Part shown: piece by piece, positions 11,772 to 24,645 of the stretch | Layout: every line of letters begins with the position of its first letter | How positions within the stretch are numbered: position 1 is the first letter of the stretch | Assembly (NCBI GenBank): GCA_050952645.1 | Contig: JBMNLI010000010.1 | Coordinates: 64,001-128,000, forward strand | Direction: 5' to 3' | DNA: 64,000 nt | Source: Bdellovibrionota bacterium | GTDB taxonomy: Bacteria; Bdellovibrionota_C; UBA2361; CAKMMH01 | Notes under the pieces: generated by a model | Seen by the model: only the letters and a program-made list of their open reading frames with translations | The model's database searches: none | Told to the model about the DNA's origin: nothing | Made by a program: the position numbers and the translations under genes

Positions 11772-12818
11772 CTAATTATTAACTAATTGTTGTATTACAT
11801 AATCCCAATTCATATTTTTATCAATTAGAGATTGTTTTGCATTATTTCCCATTTTTTTAACTTCATCTTTATGTTCATACATATAATCTATTTTACTAGC
11901 AAGATTTTTTGCATCACTTGAAACGACAAATCCATTAAATTTATCTTCAATGAACTCTAAAGGTCCTCCAGCATCATGATGAACAATAACAGGTTTTTGA
12001 GAATACATACCTTCAAGCGTTATATAGCCATAGTCTTCATTGTACGCACCAAAATATACAGCAAGTGAATTTGCATAATATTTAATTTTTTCTTCCTCAG
12101 AAATAAACCCTAATAATTTAACTTTATTTTCTAATTTATTATCTTTTATAAAATTTTTTAGATAAGCTACTTCATCTTCTTCACCACCACCTGCAATATA
12201 TGCTTTAACATCTGTTTTTACATACTTCATAGCCTCAACTAAAACTCTCTGCCTCTTAATTGTATTAATTCTACTTGGATAAAAAATATAATCTTTGTAA
12301 TCTTCGCAGTGTAATTTTTCATAATTTAGCGGTGGATGATAAAGAACTGTCGAATCAAATCCACAATAATGTTTTAACCTATCAGTTACGCACTGTGCTA
12401 TTGTAAAGATATTTTTATACTCAGTTAGGTATTGCTTATCAATTTTATAAATAAAATCTCTAACTTCTTCTCCATTTGGCCAATGTTGAATATCACCAAA
12501 TTCTGTCCCCCAAAGATCATATGCAGTTCTATGTTGATGAAGAAGCCATAAAGTTTTATTTTCATGCTTTAATAAATAAGCAGGAAATTTTAATGTAATA
12601 ACCTTATCAATTTTCTCTCCTGTTGCACTTTCTAAATCAATCATACGTCCCATTTGTATTGATTTTAAAAGTGTTTCATACGGATACCACTTAAATGGAA
12701 TAGAAACTATTTCTGCATTATAGTCTCTTTTCTTAAGTTCACTTTTTAGCATTTCAGCTAATATTTCTGCTCCACCTCTTGTAAATGGTACTTGTACAGT
12801 TGCAATAGCGATCTTCAT
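11772..12818 (-). CDS. GT4-family glycosyltransferase
   Basis: QVPFTRGGAE, and EDYGYITLE (EX7E motif). Confidence 0.92.
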   Translation of the reverse strand: MKIAIATVQVPFTRGGAEILAEMLKSELKKRDYNAEIVSIPFKWYPYETLLKSIQMGRMIDLESATGEKIDKVITLKFPAYLLKHENKTLWLLHQHRTAYDLWGTEFGDIQHWPNGEEVRDFIYKIDKQYLTEYKNIFTIAQCVTDRLKHYCGFDSTVLYHPPLNYEKLHCEDYKDYIFYPSRINTIKRQRVLVEAMKYVKTDVKAYIAGGGEEDEVAYLKNFIKDNKLENKVKLLGFISEEEKIKYYANSLAVYFGAYNEDYGYITLEGMYSQKPVIVHHDAGGPLEFIEDKFNGFVVSSDAKNLASKIDYMYEHKDEVKKMGNNAKQSLIDKNMNWDYVIQQLVNN

Positions 12819-12867
12819 TTTACACCTTATATTACATAAATTTCCAACTTTAAAATTAAACTCAAAT

Positions 12868-13383
12868 TTATTTTATAAATCTTTTAGTAAACTCAACATT
12901 TTGACATATTACCTTAATAGCAGCTGCCACCATTGATGGTTCACTCGAAACATAAAAATAATTATCATTCTTCAAGCATTGCTCTTTATCAGTTGACAAA
13001 ATTGGAAGCTTAAAATAATTTACAAGTTTTACGTACTCATCTTTTACATTTCCTAAGAACATCGCCACATCACTTCCTAAAAAATATAAAAGCTCATCCT
13101 CTTTATCACCAACATTAACAAATGTTATCTGCTCTTCGAGAAGATAATATCTTAAAATTTTTCTTAATATTTCATCTTTATACGATTCTGAATAAAAGAA
13201 AAAATTAACATGTGAATTAATATAATTTTTATAACAACTAAGCACATCTAAAAAAAACTTATAATCTTGGTTACTTTTTGGTTCACCAATAATAAGTACA
13301 TTTGAAATATACGGCATAATCATTTTTTTTAATTCAATTTCATTAAACCTTGTATTTTTATATTTTTCAGCAATTTCACGCAT
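12868..13383 (-). CDS. Hypothetical protein resembling a degenerate GT4 C-terminal domain
   Basis: Pattern VLIIGE..NQ..YKNYIN..SDVAMF..FKLPILS, without EX7E; lies in the GT cluster. Confidence 0.45.
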   Translation of the reverse strand: MREIAEKYKNTRFNEIELKKMIMPYISNVLIIGEPKSNQDYKFFLDVLSCYKNYINSHVNFFFYSESYKDEILRKILRYYLLEEQITFVNVGDKEDELLYFLGSDVAMFLGNVKDEYVKLVNYFKLPILSTDKEQCLKNDNYFYVSSEPSMVAAAIKVICQNVEFTKRFIK

Positions 13384-13415
13384 AATTAACTTCTTATAAA
13401 AACATTACTATAATA

Positions 13416-14267
13416 TTACAATTTATCTTTTAACACGTTTACTTCTGCAATCAGATTACTTAACATCACAGATAAATTCCTTATATCTTTCCTAGCATTA
13501 TTATAACATTCTTCTAGTTTATCAAACTCATCATAATCTTCATTGATTACCTTATGAATATCAAATTCATTTATACCATCTCTAGTATTATTTCTCTTTA
13601 ATAATCCGCACTTTTTAGATTTTAACTTTTGATTTTCATTTTCATTATTATTACTAAAGATAACCTTAGGAACTTTTAGCATTTTAGCTTCATTTGAAAA
13701 AATAATCTTATCAATAACTTCATTTCTTGTAAGGACACCTGTTTTTAATTTTAATGTAAAATCTTTAAGACCGTGACTATCAGCATATCTTTTTAATATC
13801 CTAACAAAGGCTCTTTTAACAAAATCTCTGTCAGTAAATTCTTTAAATTCATCAACTTCAAATTTACTAAATCCAGTTAAGTAAATATTTTTCTCTTGTG
13901 CTTCTTCTGATTTTTCTAGAATTTTTAAATACTCTTCTCTGGTTAAACTTTTTTCTTTAAATCTTTTTAAAATTCCAGCTAAAGTTTTGGATTCACAAAC
14001 ACGCCCAAAAAAGTTCATAAAAACTGATTCAAGAAAATCATAATCATTTTTTATTTTAAGAAGCGACTCGACATCCAATATTTTATCATATTCACCAAAA
14101 TAACTAACTGTAGTACCAGTATATCCTGATTTTAAAATCGCATCATTTATAGAATCAATTTCAGTATAAATATCAAAGTGCTTAAAAAAATACTCATCTT
14201 GCACATCAAGTGAACCTGTTTTTTCAACTCGCTCTAAAACTGCATTAATACCTGCATCTAAATCCAT
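13416..14267 (-). CDS. DUF4214-like repeat protein
   Basis: Two copies of DF(L/V)..F...(G/K)R......L....LTR.E.....SEE/SNE, and a C-terminal coiled coil. Confidence 0.7.
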   Translation of the reverse strand: MDLDAGINAVLERVEKTGSLDVQDEYFFKHFDIYTEIDSINDAILKSGYTGTTVSYFGEYDKILDVESLLKIKNDYDFLESVFMNFFGRVCESKTLAGILKRFKEKSLTREEYLKILEKSEEAQEKNIYLTGFSKFEVDEFKEFTDRDFVKRAFVRILKRYADSHGLKDFTLKLKTGVLTRNEVIDKIIFSNEAKMLKVPKVIFSNNNENENQKLKSKKCGLLKRNNTRDGINEFDIHKVINEDYDEFDKLEECYNNARKDIRNLSVMLSNLIAEVNVLKDKL

Positions 14268-14290
14268 AAATTGTTTTTTCCATATAATAA

Positions 14291-14327
14291 AAAAGGGCTT
14301 CTTTTGTATTATAAAAGAAACCCCTTT
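14291..14327 (-). terminator. Intrinsic terminator after rpoC
   Basis: Hairpin AAAGGG(C)TTCTTTT...AAAAGAAACCCCTTT, followed by a T-run on the minus strand. Confidence 0.7.
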
Positions 14328-14353
14328 AAATTGAAATACGTAAATTAAATTTA

Positions 14354-17300
14354 TTATAAAAGTCCAGCTAATGATTCGATTGAAGATTGACCAATGTAAA
14401 TATCTTGTTCTTTCTCTTTCTCATCTTCCTTAACTTTTATTTCATCAAATGCATATCTAGTTGCTCCAGATCCTGCTGGGATTAAACGCCCCATAATTAC
14501 ATTTTCTTTTAAACCACGAAGCGTATCTACCTTACCACACACCGCAGCCTCAGTTAAAACCTTCGTCGTTTCTTGGAAGCTTGCAGCAGAGATAAATGAT
14601 TCTGTTGAAAGTGCTGCTTTTGTAATACCTAATAATAGTGGCTCATACGTTGCAGGTTTTAATCCCTTAGCATTAAGCTCATTGTTTAAATTTATCACAT
14701 TCCATTTTTCAACGGACTCTCCGATAAGTAGCGAGCTATCCCCTGGGTCTACTACCGACACCCTTCTTAACATCTGAGCAATAATAACCTCAACATGCTT
14801 ATCATCGATCCTAACACCTTGCAAACGATAAATTTCTTGAACTTCATTTACTAAATAATTAGCAAGAGCTCTCACTCCCTCAACACTTAAAATATCGTGT
14901 GGGTCGATAGCACCGTCTGTTAATGGCTCACCAGCTCGTACAAAGTCGCTCTTTTGAACGGATATATGCTTACTCTTAGGTATTAAATACTCTCTTGCCT
15001 CACCATATTCTGGAGTAACTATAAGTCTTTTCTTACCCCTTACATCTTCACCAAGGTCAACTATACCATCAACCTCTGAAACTTGTGCAGGGTCTTTAGG
15101 ACGTCTCGCCTCAAAAAGCTCAACAACCCTTGGAAGACCACCCGTAATATCCTTAGTTTTAGTAGTAGCCCTTTCTCTCTTAGCTATAGCATCACCAGCC
15201 TCAATCTTAGCATTATGTTCAACCATAATACGAATAGCCACAGGCAAAGTATAAACTTTACTATTACCATCATCACCATGAACTACTATACATGGAGATA
15301 AATCTTTAGCTCTATCCTTAGCTTGAACAATTTCTCTTTCTACTAAACCAGTCCTCTCATCTGCTCTTTCTTCCATCGTTTGCTCGTTAATATCACGCCA
15401 TTCAACGGTTCCAGATATCTCAGAAAGAATAGGCAAACTAAATGGATCCCACTCGCCAATCACAGTGCCCTTTTCAATTTTTTGCCCCTCTTTAACGTGC
15501 AATCTAGTTCCATATACTAATCTATATCTTTCACGCTCACGTCCATCTTGTGGGTCTTGAACTATAATTTCAGTTCTATTACCCATAACAACTGCCGTTT
15601 TATCTTTTCTAGTCGCAAATTTAGGCTCTACAAACTTAACGACACCACCGTACTTAGACTCTAAAGATGTCTGCTCGGTCTTACCAAGGCTAGCAGTTCC
15701 ACCAACGTGGAACGTTCTCATAGTTAGCTGAGTTCCTGGCTCACCTATAGATTGAGCTGCGATAACTCCAACGGCTTCACCAATATTTACTAGATGCCCC
15801 CTAGCTAAATCTCGTCCGTAGCAAAGCGAGCAACAACCATAATGAGTATCGCAAGTAAGCACTGAACGAACATTTATAGAATCGATTCCCGACCTTTCAA
15901 TAATTTTAGATTTAGCTTCATCGATTAAAGTATTTCTTGGAATTAAAATCTCATTCGTAACTGGGTCTATAATATCATCGGCCGCCACTCTACCTATTAC
16001 ACGATTTGCTAGCGTTTCAATCTCTTCACCACCTTCGATAAGTGCAGACACTTTCACACCATTAGTAGTGCCACAGTCGTGTTCCGTAACTATGCAATCT
16101 TGCGCAACGTCTACTAATTTACGAGTTAAATAACCCGAGTTAGCAGTCTTTAAAGCCGTATCCGCTAGACCCTTTCTAGCACCGTGAGTAGATTTAAAAT
16201 ATTGAAGAACGTCTAGCCCCTCTCTTAAGTTAGCCTTAATAGGTTGCTCAATAATAGAGCCGTCTGGCTTAGCCATAAGACCTCTCATACCTGCAAGCTG
16301 TCTTATTTGTGCGGAAGAACCACGTGCTCCAGAGTCGGCCATAATATAAACTGGATTAAACGACTCGCCTACTTTCTTCTCGCCAGTTTCCTTATTTACG
16401 AACTCTTGCTTTGAAATATTATTCATAAGCTCTTCCGTAATCTTATCTCCAACCTCAGACCAAATATCTATCACCTTGTTAGACCTTTCACCAGCCGTTA
16501 TCAAACCCTCTTGGTATTGACTCTCCACAGCTGCTACTCTCTCATCTGCATCGGCAAGCATCTTCTTTTTAGCATCAGGTATAATCATATCTTTTATACC
16601 AATAGAAATACCAGCAATTGTTGCGAAACGATAACCAACATTCTTTAATTTATCGGCTAAAAGAACCGTTGCTTTATTTCCTGCTACTCTAAACGCTTCA
16701 TCGATTAAAGCACCTATTTGCTTCTTTTTCATCACTTTATTAATGCTTGAAAAAGGTAAAACTTTTGGTAAATAATGGTATAAAAGAGCTCTACCAACAG
16801 TAGTTTTCTCAAGTTTGCCATCTATCCTAACTTGGATAGCAGCTTGCAAAGCTACCTCCTTTGCATCCCAAGCTAACAGCACTTCATCTGTATCAAAAAA
16901 TGAGTTCCCTTCGCCCTTAGCAAATGGAAGCTCTCTAGTCATGTAATAAAGCCCGAGAACCATGTCTTGAGATGGCACTATAACCGCCTTACCGTCGGCT
17001 GGCTTTAAGATATTATTAGTCGACATCATAAGAACTCTAGCTTCAACTTGTGCCTCTACCGATAAAGGAACGTGCACGGCCATTTGGTCACCATCAAAGT
17101 CTGCGTTAAATGCACTACAAACTAAAGGATGAAGCTGTATAGCCTTACCTTCAATCAAGTTTGGTTCAAATGCTTGAATACCTAACCTGTGTAGCGTTGG
17201 CGCACGGTTTAGTAGCACAGGATGCTCCTTAATAACTTCCTCTAAAATATCCCACACTACTGGTCTTTCTTTCTCAACCATTTTCTTAGCAGATTTAATC

Positions 17301-18484
17301 GTCGTAACGTATCCTTTCTCTTCTAGCTTATTGTAAATAAATGGCTTAAATAACTCTAATGCCATCTGTTTTGGAAGTCCGCATTGATATAATCTTAACT
17401 CTGGTCCTGCAACGATTACCGAACGCCCCGAATAGTCTACACGTTTACCTAAAAGGTTTTGACGAAACCGCCCAGTTTTTCCTTTAAGCATATCGCTAAG
17501 CGACTTAAGAGGTCTCTTATTTGGCCCCGTAACGGTTCTACCACGACGTCCGTTATCAAATAGCGCATCTACAGATTCTTGAAGCATTCTTTTTTCATTA
17601 TGGATAATAATATCTGGTGCATTTAATTCTATTAGTCTTTTTAAACGATTATTCCTATTTATAACTCGTCTATATAAATCGTTTAAATCACTAGTAGCAT
17701 ATCTACCACCATCTAGCGGAACTAATGGTCTTAAATCTGGTGGAATAACTGGAATAACATTTAGAATCATCCACTCTGGTTTGTTCCCAGCATTTATAAA
17801 AGCAGTAACTACCTTTAGTCTTTTAATTATCTTCTTTTTCTTAGCTTCTGAGTTAGTAGATAAAAACTCTTTCTTTAATTTTTCAGATAGCTCTTCTAAG
17901 TTTAACTCGCTAAGCATCTTTTGAATAGTATCAGCTCCCATGCCAGCCTCGAAATCTGAACCATACTCTGCTCTTGCAGCTCTGTATTCTTTTTCAGATA
18001 AAAGCTCTCCCTCTTCATATGGCGAACTCCCAGGGTCGGTCACGATATAAGCTTCAAAATATAGCACTCTTTCTAATTCTCTTAACGTGATATCTAGAAT
18101 AGTTCCAATCCTTGATGGCAAACTTTTTAAAAACCAAATATGAGCTACTGGGCAAGCTAACTCGATATGCCCCATTCTCTCTCGCCTTACTTTTGACTGG
18201 ATAACCTCAACTCCACATTTTTCACAAACTACTCCTCTGTGACGAAGCCTTTTGTATTTTCCACAAATACATTCGTAGTCTTTAACGGGCCCAAAAATTT
18301 TAGCACAAAAAAGCCCATCACGTTCAGGTTTTGTAGTCCTATAATTTATCGTTTCTGGCTTCGTAACTTCCCCATAAGACCACCCCCTTATAGTTTCAGG
18401 GTCTGATAAGGAAATTTTCAATGCGTTAAAATTAACAGGATTTTTTGGTTTTTCAAACAAGCTAAAAAGATCATCCATTGCCAT
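14354..18484 (-). CDS. rpoC: RNA polymerase beta' subunit
   Basis: [14 protein letters not shown] catalytic motif and N-terminal Zn finger. Confidence 0.99.
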   Translation of the reverse strand: MAMDDLFSLFEKPKNPVNFNALKISLSDPETIRGWSYGEVTKPETINYRTTKPERDGLFCAKIFGPVKDYECICGKYKRLRHRGVVCEKCGVEVIQSKVRRERMGHIELACPVAHIWFLKSLPSRIGTILDITLRELERVLYFEAYIVTDPGSSPYEEGELLSEKEYRAARAEYGSDFEAGMGADTIQKMLSELNLEELSEKLKKEFLSTNSEAKKKKIIKRLKVVTAFINAGNKPEWMILNVIPVIPPDLRPLVPLDGGRYATSDLNDLYRRVINRNNRLKRLIELNAPDIIIHNEKRMLQESVDALFDNGRRGRTVTGPNKRPLKSLSDMLKGKTGRFRQNLLGKRVDYSGRSVIVAGPELRLYQCGLPKQMALELFKPFIYNKLEEKGYVTTIKSAKKMVEKERPVVWDILEEVIKEHPVLLNRAPTLHRLGIQAFEPNLIEGKAIQLHPLVCSAFNADFDGDQMAVHVPLSVEAQVEARVLMMSTNNILKPADGKAVIVPSQDMVLGLYYMTRELPFAKGEGNSFFDTDEVLLAWDAKEVALQAAIQVRIDGKLEKTTVGRALLYHYLPKVLPFSSINKVMKKKQIGALIDEAFRVAGNKATVLLADKLKNVGYRFATIAGISIGIKDMIIPDAKKKMLADADERVAAVESQYQEGLITAGERSNKVIDIWSEVGDKITEELMNNISKQEFVNKETGEKKVGESFNPVYIMADSGARGSSAQIRQLAGMRGLMAKPDGSIIEQPIKANLREGLDVLQYFKSTHGARKGLADTALKTANSGYLTRKLVDVAQDCIVTEHDCGTTNGVKVSALIEGGEEIETLANRVIGRVAADDIIDPVTNEILIPRNTLIDEAKSKIIERSGIDSINVRSVLTCDTHYGCCSLCYGRDLARGHLVNIGEAVGVIAAQSIGEPGTQLTMRTFHVGGTASLGKTEQTSLESKYGGVVKFVEPKFATRKDKTAVVMGNRTEIIVQDPQDGRERERYRLVYGTRLHVKEGQKIEKGTVIGEWDPFSLPILSEISGTVEWRDINEQTMEERADERTGLVEREIVQAKDRAKDLSPCIVVHGDDGNSKVYTLPVAIRIMVEHNAKIEAGDAIAKRERATTKTKDITGGLPRVVELFEARRPKDPAQVSEVDGIVDLGEDVRGKKRLIVTPEYGEAREYLIPKSKHISVQKSDFVRAGEPLTDGAIDPHDILSVEGVRALANYLVNEVQEIYRLQGVRIDDKHVEVIIAQMLRRVSVVDPGDSSLLIGESVEKWNVINLNNELNAKGLKPATYEPLLLGITKAALSTESFISAASFQETTKVLTEAAVCGKVDTLRGLKENVIMGRLIPAGSGATRYAFDEIKVKEDEKEKEQDIYIGQSSIESLAGLL

Positions 18485-18596
18485 ATTTATATCTCTTTTT
18501 TCAAAATATATTAAAAATTTAAAAGTAATTTACTTACATTTTATAACATTTATCTTTTACAAGTTATTTTTACGAATAAACTTATAAATCTTAAGA

Positions 18597-21500
18597 TTAG
18601 TTATCGAAAAGCTCTGCCCCTAACTCAGATAAATCGGTAGCCACAGTCTCACCTTTATCTTCATCGCTTACCTCATCGCTTTCTTGCTCATCTTCTAATA
18701 GCTGAACGTTTAGAGCTAGAGATTGAAGTTCCTTTATCATAACGTTAAACGACTCAGGAAGCCCAGGCTCTAAAATGTGCTCGCCTTTTACTATCGACTC
18801 ATACATTCTAGTTCTACCAGTCACGTCGTCAGATTTAACCGTTAAAAACTCTTGTAATGCGTAAGCTGCTCCGTAAGCTTCCATCGCCCACACCTCCATC
18901 TCTCCGAGTCTTTGTCCACCAAATTGTGCTTTACCACCAAGAGGCTGTTGGGTAACTAACGAGTAAGGCCCAATAGACCTAGCGTGAATCTTATTATCTA
19001 CTAAGTGATCAAGCTTTAACATATACATAACGCCAACCGTAACCTTTTCTTTAAAAGCTTCACCAGTTTGACCATCGTATAAAGTAATTTTTCCAGACTC
19101 ATCAACTCCAGTAAACTTTAAGAAATCTGAAATCTCTGCTTCTTTAGCAGAATCAAACACTGGGGTCGAAACGTGAACGCCCACTCTTTCTCTCTTAGCG
19201 ATAGTAACTATATCTTCATCACTAATTTTATCAAAGTCTAAAGAGGTTTCATTTACAAAAGCACCTTTTAAGTAATTACGCATTTTACCTATAACCTCTT
19301 TTCTCTCTGCACTACTAAGATCCGTTCTTACTCTCCCACTTACTGGCTCTTCTATTTTTTCTAACAACTCTTCTAATCTTCTTCCTAAAGAATAGCAAGC
19401 CATACCTAAATGAGTTTCAAGTAGTTGCCCTATGTTCATACGTGATGGCACACCTAGTGGGTTTAACACTATATCGACTGGTGTTCCATCTTCTAAATAC
19501 GGCATATCCTCTTGTGGAACGACCTTTGAAAGAACACCCTTGTTTCCATGACGTCCTGCAAGCTTATCACCAACTTGTATCTTTCTCTTGATGACGATAT
19601 AAACTTTAACCATTTTGATAATTCCAGGAGCTAACTCGTCTCCCTCTTTTACCTTTCTTATCTTATCATCTAAATCGGCTTTTTTACTTGCTATAAGCGC
19701 AGATGTTCCACTAATAATATTAGCTACTTTTTCATTTACTTTATCATTATCTACTTGAACGCTTTTTAATAACTCGAATGAAAGCGGTCTCATATTTTCA
19801 AATGAAAATACCTCATTTTTAGCTATATACTCAGTCTTTTTATCAGCAATCTTAAGCTCTGATTTTTTTCCCTTAACTAGGTCGATTATTTCTTTTCTAG
19901 CAGTATCGATAACTATTGAAACCTCGTCTGACATATCCTTTTCTAGTCTTTCAATCTCTCGTTTTTCAATCTCGAGCATCCTTTCATCTTTCTCGGTGCC
20001 ACGCCTAGAAAAAACTTGAGTAGAAATAACCGTTCCTTCGACACCTGGAGAAGCTTTTAAGCTAGTATCTCTAACCTCTCCTGCTTTTTCTCCAAAAATT
20101 GCTCTTAAAAGTTTTTCTTCAGGGCTTAATTGAGTCTCGCTCTTTGGAGTTATTTTTCCTACTAAAATATCCCCTGGCTTTACTACGGCTCCAACTCTAA
20201 TAATACCAGTTTCATCTAAGTCTTTTAAGGCCTCATCGCTAACATTCGGAATGTCTCTAGTAATCTCTTCTTTTCCTAGCTTAGTATCTCTTGCTACACA
20301 CTCATACTCTTCAACGTGAATAGAAGTGAAGATGTCTTTTTTAACACAATTTTCATTTATCAAAATAGCATCCTCGTAGTTATACCCACACCAAGGCATA
20401 AATGCTACTAGCACATTTTGTCCAAGCCCAAGCTCTGCCATATCCGTTGCTGCGCCATCTGCGATAATTTCATTTTCCTTAACCTTTTCACCTACACGAA
20501 CTATCGGTCTTTGGTTAATACAAGTATTTTGGTTAGAACGACGATATTTTACTAAATCATAAATATCAACGCCAGAATCATTTGCCCCTCTTAGCTTATC
20601 AGCCCTAACTACTATTCTATCAGCATCAACAAACATAACTTCACCAGCACGCTTAACCTCAACCGTTGCTTTTGAATCTCTAGCAACTATACCCTCCATG
20701 CCCGTTCCAACTAATGGAGCCATATTTCGCATGCAAGGGACTGCTTGACGCTGCATGTTCGAGCCCATCAATGCTCTGTTAGCATCATCGTTTTCTAGAA
20801 ACGGAATTAAAGATGCAGCAACACTCACAATCTGACGAGGACTTACATCAACCTTAGTAATCTCCTCTCTGCTTGCAACCATATACTCTTGGTTTCCTCT
20901 ACATGAAATTTGCTCATCTACAAAATTTCCTTTCTTATCAAGCTTAACGCTAGCTTGAGCAATCATCTCTCTTTCTTCTTCAAGAGCAGACAAATAAACT
21001 ACATCTTGCGTAACTCTATTGTTTTCATCTACTATTCTATAAGGACTTTCTAAGAAGCCGTAATCATTTACCCGTGCAAATGTAGCAAGCGAAGCGATAA
21101 GACCAATGTTTTGTCCCTCAGGAGTTTCAATCGGACAAATCCTTCCATAGTGAGTAGTGTTTACATCTCGCACTTCAAACCCTGCTCTATCTCTAGTAAG
21201 TCCCCCAGGACCTAACGCAGACAAACGCCTCTTGTGTGTAATTTCAGAAAGAGGGTTAGTCTGATCCATAAATTGTGAAAGTTGAGAAGAACCGAAAAAC
21301 TCTCTTAACACAGCAGCAACAGGTTTGTAGTTTATAATATCTTGAGGAACTAGGTTAATTAAATCTTGCGTTCCCATGCATTCTTTTACTGCACGCTCCA
21401 TTCTTACTAAGCCAATTCTAAATTGGTTTTCTACTAGCTCACCAACTGCACGAACACGTCTATTGCCTAGGTGGTCGATATCATCTACCGAATGGCTAAG

Positions 21501-23072
21501 TAAATCGTTAGAGTTTTTAAGCTCTAATAAATATCTTATAGTTTCTTGAATATCAGATTCGCACAAAGTCCCCTGCTCAATAGAAGGAGCTTCTCTTCCT
21601 TGAGATATGTAAAGTTTATGATTCATCTTATATCTTCCTATATTTGATAAATCATATCTTTCAGGATTAAAAAATAAATTTCTAAATGTAGCACTAGCCG
21701 TTTCAGGTCTTGGGGGATCCCCAGGGCGAAGTCTTCTATAAATCTCTACTAAACTATCCACTACTGGTTGCCCAGTAACTTTAGCATAAAGATCATCTCT
21801 ATCTGGCTCCATCTTATCGGTTACTAAAGTTTTCCAAAGAGCATCACCTATATGATTATCATCAAGGTAAAGCACCTCTAGATTACTTACTCCGTTTTCT
21901 ATTAAATAACTCAAAGAGCCTTGCTCAACAATATCCCCTTTAGCGTTTATTTTATCTTGGGTAAATTCTTCACCAGCACAAACTAAAACTTCAAAACAAT
22001 CTAAAATTTCTGCCAAGTCGGTCTCGTCAAGCTCATTAGCTAGAGTGCCAAGCCTTTCCATTATTTCAGTCCAATTCGTTAAGATCTCATCTTCCCCTGC
22101 AATTAACTCTCCAGTGTCTGGATGGATAACATCCTCTTGAGCTTGAATAATAGTATTTGCTGAAACCATTTGGTAAACATCCTCTGGGTCTATTTGAATT
22201 TCAGTAGTTCCAGCTTCTTTTAAACGACGAATATTTGCCCTATTAAATTTTTGACCTTTTCTAATTAAAACTTTTGAGCCTTTTTTAATTTCTACAAATG
22301 ATTTTTGCCCCTCTAATTGGTCGGCTTTAAAAGTTTTAAAAACATCTCCATTATCTTTAAATTCAATAGATTCTTTTTTATAATAAAAATTTAAAATTTC
22401 ATCTGCCGACATACCTAACGCTCTTAATATTACCGTAGCATTAAGTTTTCTTTTTCTATCTATTCTAACGTGGCAAATATCTTTAATATCAAACTCAAAG
22501 TCTAACCAAGAACCACGATAAGGAATTATTCTTGCAGAATACAAAAGTTTTCCGCTTATATGGCTTTTCCCTTCATCATTAGCAAAAAATACACCTGGCG
22601 ACCTATGAAGCTGACTTACTACTACTCTTTCAGTTCCATTTATCATAAAGGTTCCCTTATCTGTCATTAAAGGAATTTCGCCACAATACACACTATCTTC
22701 TTTAAGTGATAAAAGCTTTCTTTCACCATTTTCACTATTCACATCCCACATAGCTAGACGAACGGTTATTTTTAATGGTGCCGACCAAGTCATCCCTCTA
22801 GCCTCACATTCTTTCACATCGTATTTAGGCTTGCCAAGCTCGTATGAAACAAACTCAAGACTTGCAGTATCATTATAGTCTTTTATAGGAAACACGGATT
22901 TAAAGATCTTTTGTAATCCTTCATCCTTTCTTTTTTCAGGCTCAACTTCTTCCTGTAAAAAATTTTTATATGACTCAACTTGAACAGCGATTAAGTTAGG
23001 GACTTGTGCAATTTCTGGTATTTTTGAGTAACTGCGACGAAGACGAAGATTAGTTTTGATTTCTGATGCCAT
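18597..23072 (-). CDS. rpoB: RNA polymerase beta subunit
   Basis: Motifs [25 protein letters not shown] and [12 protein letters not shown]. Confidence 0.99.
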   Translation of the reverse strand: MASEIKTNLRLRRSYSKIPEIAQVPNLIAVQVESYKNFLQEEVEPEKRKDEGLQKIFKSVFPIKDYNDTASLEFVSYELGKPKYDVKECEARGMTWSAPLKITVRLAMWDVNSENGERKLLSLKEDSVYCGEIPLMTDKGTFMINGTERVVVSQLHRSPGVFFANDEGKSHISGKLLYSARIIPYRGSWLDFEFDIKDICHVRIDRKRKLNATVILRALGMSADEILNFYYKKESIEFKDNGDVFKTFKADQLEGQKSFVEIKKGSKVLIRKGQKFNRANIRRLKEAGTTEIQIDPEDVYQMVSANTIIQAQEDVIHPDTGELIAGEDEILTNWTEIMERLGTLANELDETDLAEILDCFEVLVCAGEEFTQDKINAKGDIVEQGSLSYLIENGVSNLEVLYLDDNHIGDALWKTLVTDKMEPDRDDLYAKVTGQPVVDSLVEIYRRLRPGDPPRPETASATFRNLFFNPERYDLSNIGRYKMNHKLYISQGREAPSIEQGTLCESDIQETIRYLLELKNSNDLLSHSVDDIDHLGNRRVRAVGELVENQFRIGLVRMERAVKECMGTQDLINLVPQDIINYKPVAAVLREFFGSSQLSQFMDQTNPLSEITHKRRLSALGPGGLTRDRAGFEVRDVNTTHYGRICPIETPEGQNIGLIASLATFARVNDYGFLESPYRIVDENNRVTQDVVYLSALEEEREMIAQASVKLDKKGNFVDEQISCRGNQEYMVASREEITKVDVSPRQIVSVAASLIPFLENDDANRALMGSNMQRQAVPCMRNMAPLVGTGMEGIVARDSKATVEVKRAGEVMFVDADRIVVRADKLRGANDSGVDIYDLVKYRRSNQNTCINQRPIVRVGEKVKENEIIADGAATDMAELGLGQNVLVAFMPWCGYNYEDAILINENCVKKDIFTSIHVEEYECVARDTKLGKEEITRDIPNVSDEALKDLDETGIIRVGAVVKPGDILVGKITPKSETQLSPEEKLLRAIFGEKAGEVRDTSLKASPGVEGTVISTQVFSRRGTEKDERMLEIEKREIERLEKDMSDEVSIVIDTARKEIIDLVKGKKSELKIADKKTEYIAKNEVFSFENMRPLSFELLKSVQVDNDKVNEKVANIISGTSALIASKKADLDDKIRKVKEGDELAPGIIKMVKVYIVIKRKIQVGDKLAGRHGNKGVLSKVVPQEDMPYLEDGTPVDIVLNPLGVPSRMNIGQLLETHLGMACYSLGRRLEELLEKIEEPVSGRVRTDLSSAERKEVIGKMRNYLKGAFVNETSLDFDKISDEDIVTIAKRERVGVHVSTPVFDSAKEAEISDFLKFTGVDESGKITLYDGQTGEAFKEKVTVGVMYMLKLDHLVDNKIHARSIGPYSLVTQQPLGGKAQFGGQRLGEMEVWAMEAYGAAYALQEFLTVKSDDVTGRTRMYESIVKGEHILEPGLPESFNVMIKELQSLALNVQLLEDEQESDEVSDEDKGETVATDLSELGAELFDN

Positions 23073-23450
23073 ATCTTATTCTTATACCAATAATAAAATA
23101 ATAAAATTTTAATCAATAAAAAAAAATTGAAAATTGCTTATAGTAAATATCTATTTTTTATAAATATTAAATATATTTAAAGATTTTCTATTTGTTTAAA
23201 CACCTAAAGTTTAAACACCTAAAAAAGTCTCTAAAGCATTTTATATAGCCTTTACTCTATAGCGTATAAATACTCTTTAAAAAGCATAAAACTTAAAAAA
23301 GCTTAAAACTCTTCGATACTTTGATTATAAAGACTACAATAATTGATTAATATTTTTTATTAGACAATACTAGAGCATATGGTATATAAAAATACACTAA
23401 TTTCTTAGTTAAATCAAGAGATTAAAGTGAACTTTTTTTTTATACCATAA

Positions 23451-23507
23451 AAAACTAGGAAAAGTTTCACTCCGCAAAAAAAACGAGGAGTAAAACCCCC
23501 TAGTTTT
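23451..23507 (-). terminator. Long hairpin, terminator or attenuator between rplL and rpoB
   Basis: Imperfect inverted repeat AAAACTAGG..GTTTCACTCC...GGAGTAAAAC..CCTAGTTTT with a T-run downstream on the minus strand. Confidence 0.65.
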
Positions 23508-23523
23508 AAAAAGCTTTAAAAGA

Positions 23524-23910
23524 TTACTTAATAGATGCCTTAGCACCTGCTTCTTCGAGTTTTTTCTTGTAATCTTCAGCTTCAGCCTTAGAAACAGCTT
23601 CTTTTAATGTTTTTGGAGCTGCTTCAACTAATTCCTTAGCCTCTTTTAATCCAAGGCTTGTAATTTCACGAACTGCTTTAATAACTTTGATTTTATCATC
23701 ACCTACAGCATCTAAAACTATATCAAACTCAGTCTTTTCTTCATCAGCTGTAGCAGCAGCACCAGCAGCGCCACCTGCAGCTACCATCATAGCAGGCGCA
23801 GCAGCACTAACGCCTAACTCTTCTTCTAAGTCTTTAACTAGCTTAGCAGCATCCATTAACGACATATTTTTGATAAAATCTTTTACTTGTTCAACATTAA
23901 CTTCACTCAT
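23524..23910 (-). CDS. rplL: 50S ribosomal protein L7/L12
   Basis: Motifs [16 protein letters not shown] and [10 protein letters not shown]. Confidence 0.98.
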   Translation of the reverse strand: MSEVNVEQVKDFIKNMSLMDAAKLVKDLEEELGVSAAAPAMMVAAGGAAGAAATADEEKTEFDIVLDAVGDDKIKVIKAVREITSLGLKEAKELVEAAPKTLKEAVSKAEAEDYKKKLEEAGAKASIK

Positions 23911-24029
23911 TTCTTTAAACTCCTAAATATAATAAATATAATAAAATAATAAATTTTTTTATTGCACTAAAAGCGCTAAAAAGCTTTTTCTTAACTTAAC
24001 TCAAATATAAAAAAATCACCTATATAAAA

Positions 24030-24575
24030 CTACTCTCCTGCAATTTTCTTTCTTTGAGCCTCAACAACACGAACAACTTTTTCACTCGACGCCTTAATAA
24101 CACGAACGAGTTGAGTTGCAGGTGTGTTAAGAAGATTAAGCAACTTAGCAAGAACTTCCTCTTTGCTAGGCATACTAGCTAAAGTTTTCACTCCAGCTAC
24201 ATCAATAAAAGCATTTTCAAACCAAGCTCCTTTTAATGCCAAAGCTTCATGGGTTTTTGCAAAGTCAGCAACGACTTTAGTCATAGACACAGGGTCGGAA
24301 GATGTAGAAATAAGCATACTTGGACCTTTGAAAATCTCTGTAAACTTATTTACCTCGCCTTCTACGCCGTTTTCTTTTAATGCTTTCTCTATTGATATCT
24401 TTGAAAGAGTATTTTTGATAACTCTACAATTCGCACCAACCTTACGCAGGCCTTTCTTAAAATCAGTTATATCTGAAACTGAAAGACCGTGATAATTAGC
24501 ACAAATAGCTACTTGTGCTTCTTGTAATGATTGAGTGACAAACTCTACTTCTTTTATCTTATCTGCTTTATTCAT
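24030..24575 (-). CDS. rplJ: 50S ribosomal protein L10
   Basis: Motifs YHGLSV, VIKNTL and LASMPSKEE; operon position. Confidence 0.96.
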   Translation of the reverse strand: MNKADKIKEVEFVTQSLQEAQVAICANYHGLSVSDITDFKKGLRKVGANCRVIKNTLSKISIEKALKENGVEGEVNKFTEIFKGPSMLISTSSDPVSMTKVVADFAKTHEALALKGAWFENAFIDVAGVKTLASMPSKEEVLAKLLNLLNTPATQLVRVIKASSEKVVRVVEAQRKKIAGE

Positions 24576-24645
24576 TTTTAAATATTTCCTTTAAAAAATC
24601 AAAATTCATCCTAAAATAAGGTATCCTTAAATTAACTTAAAAAAG

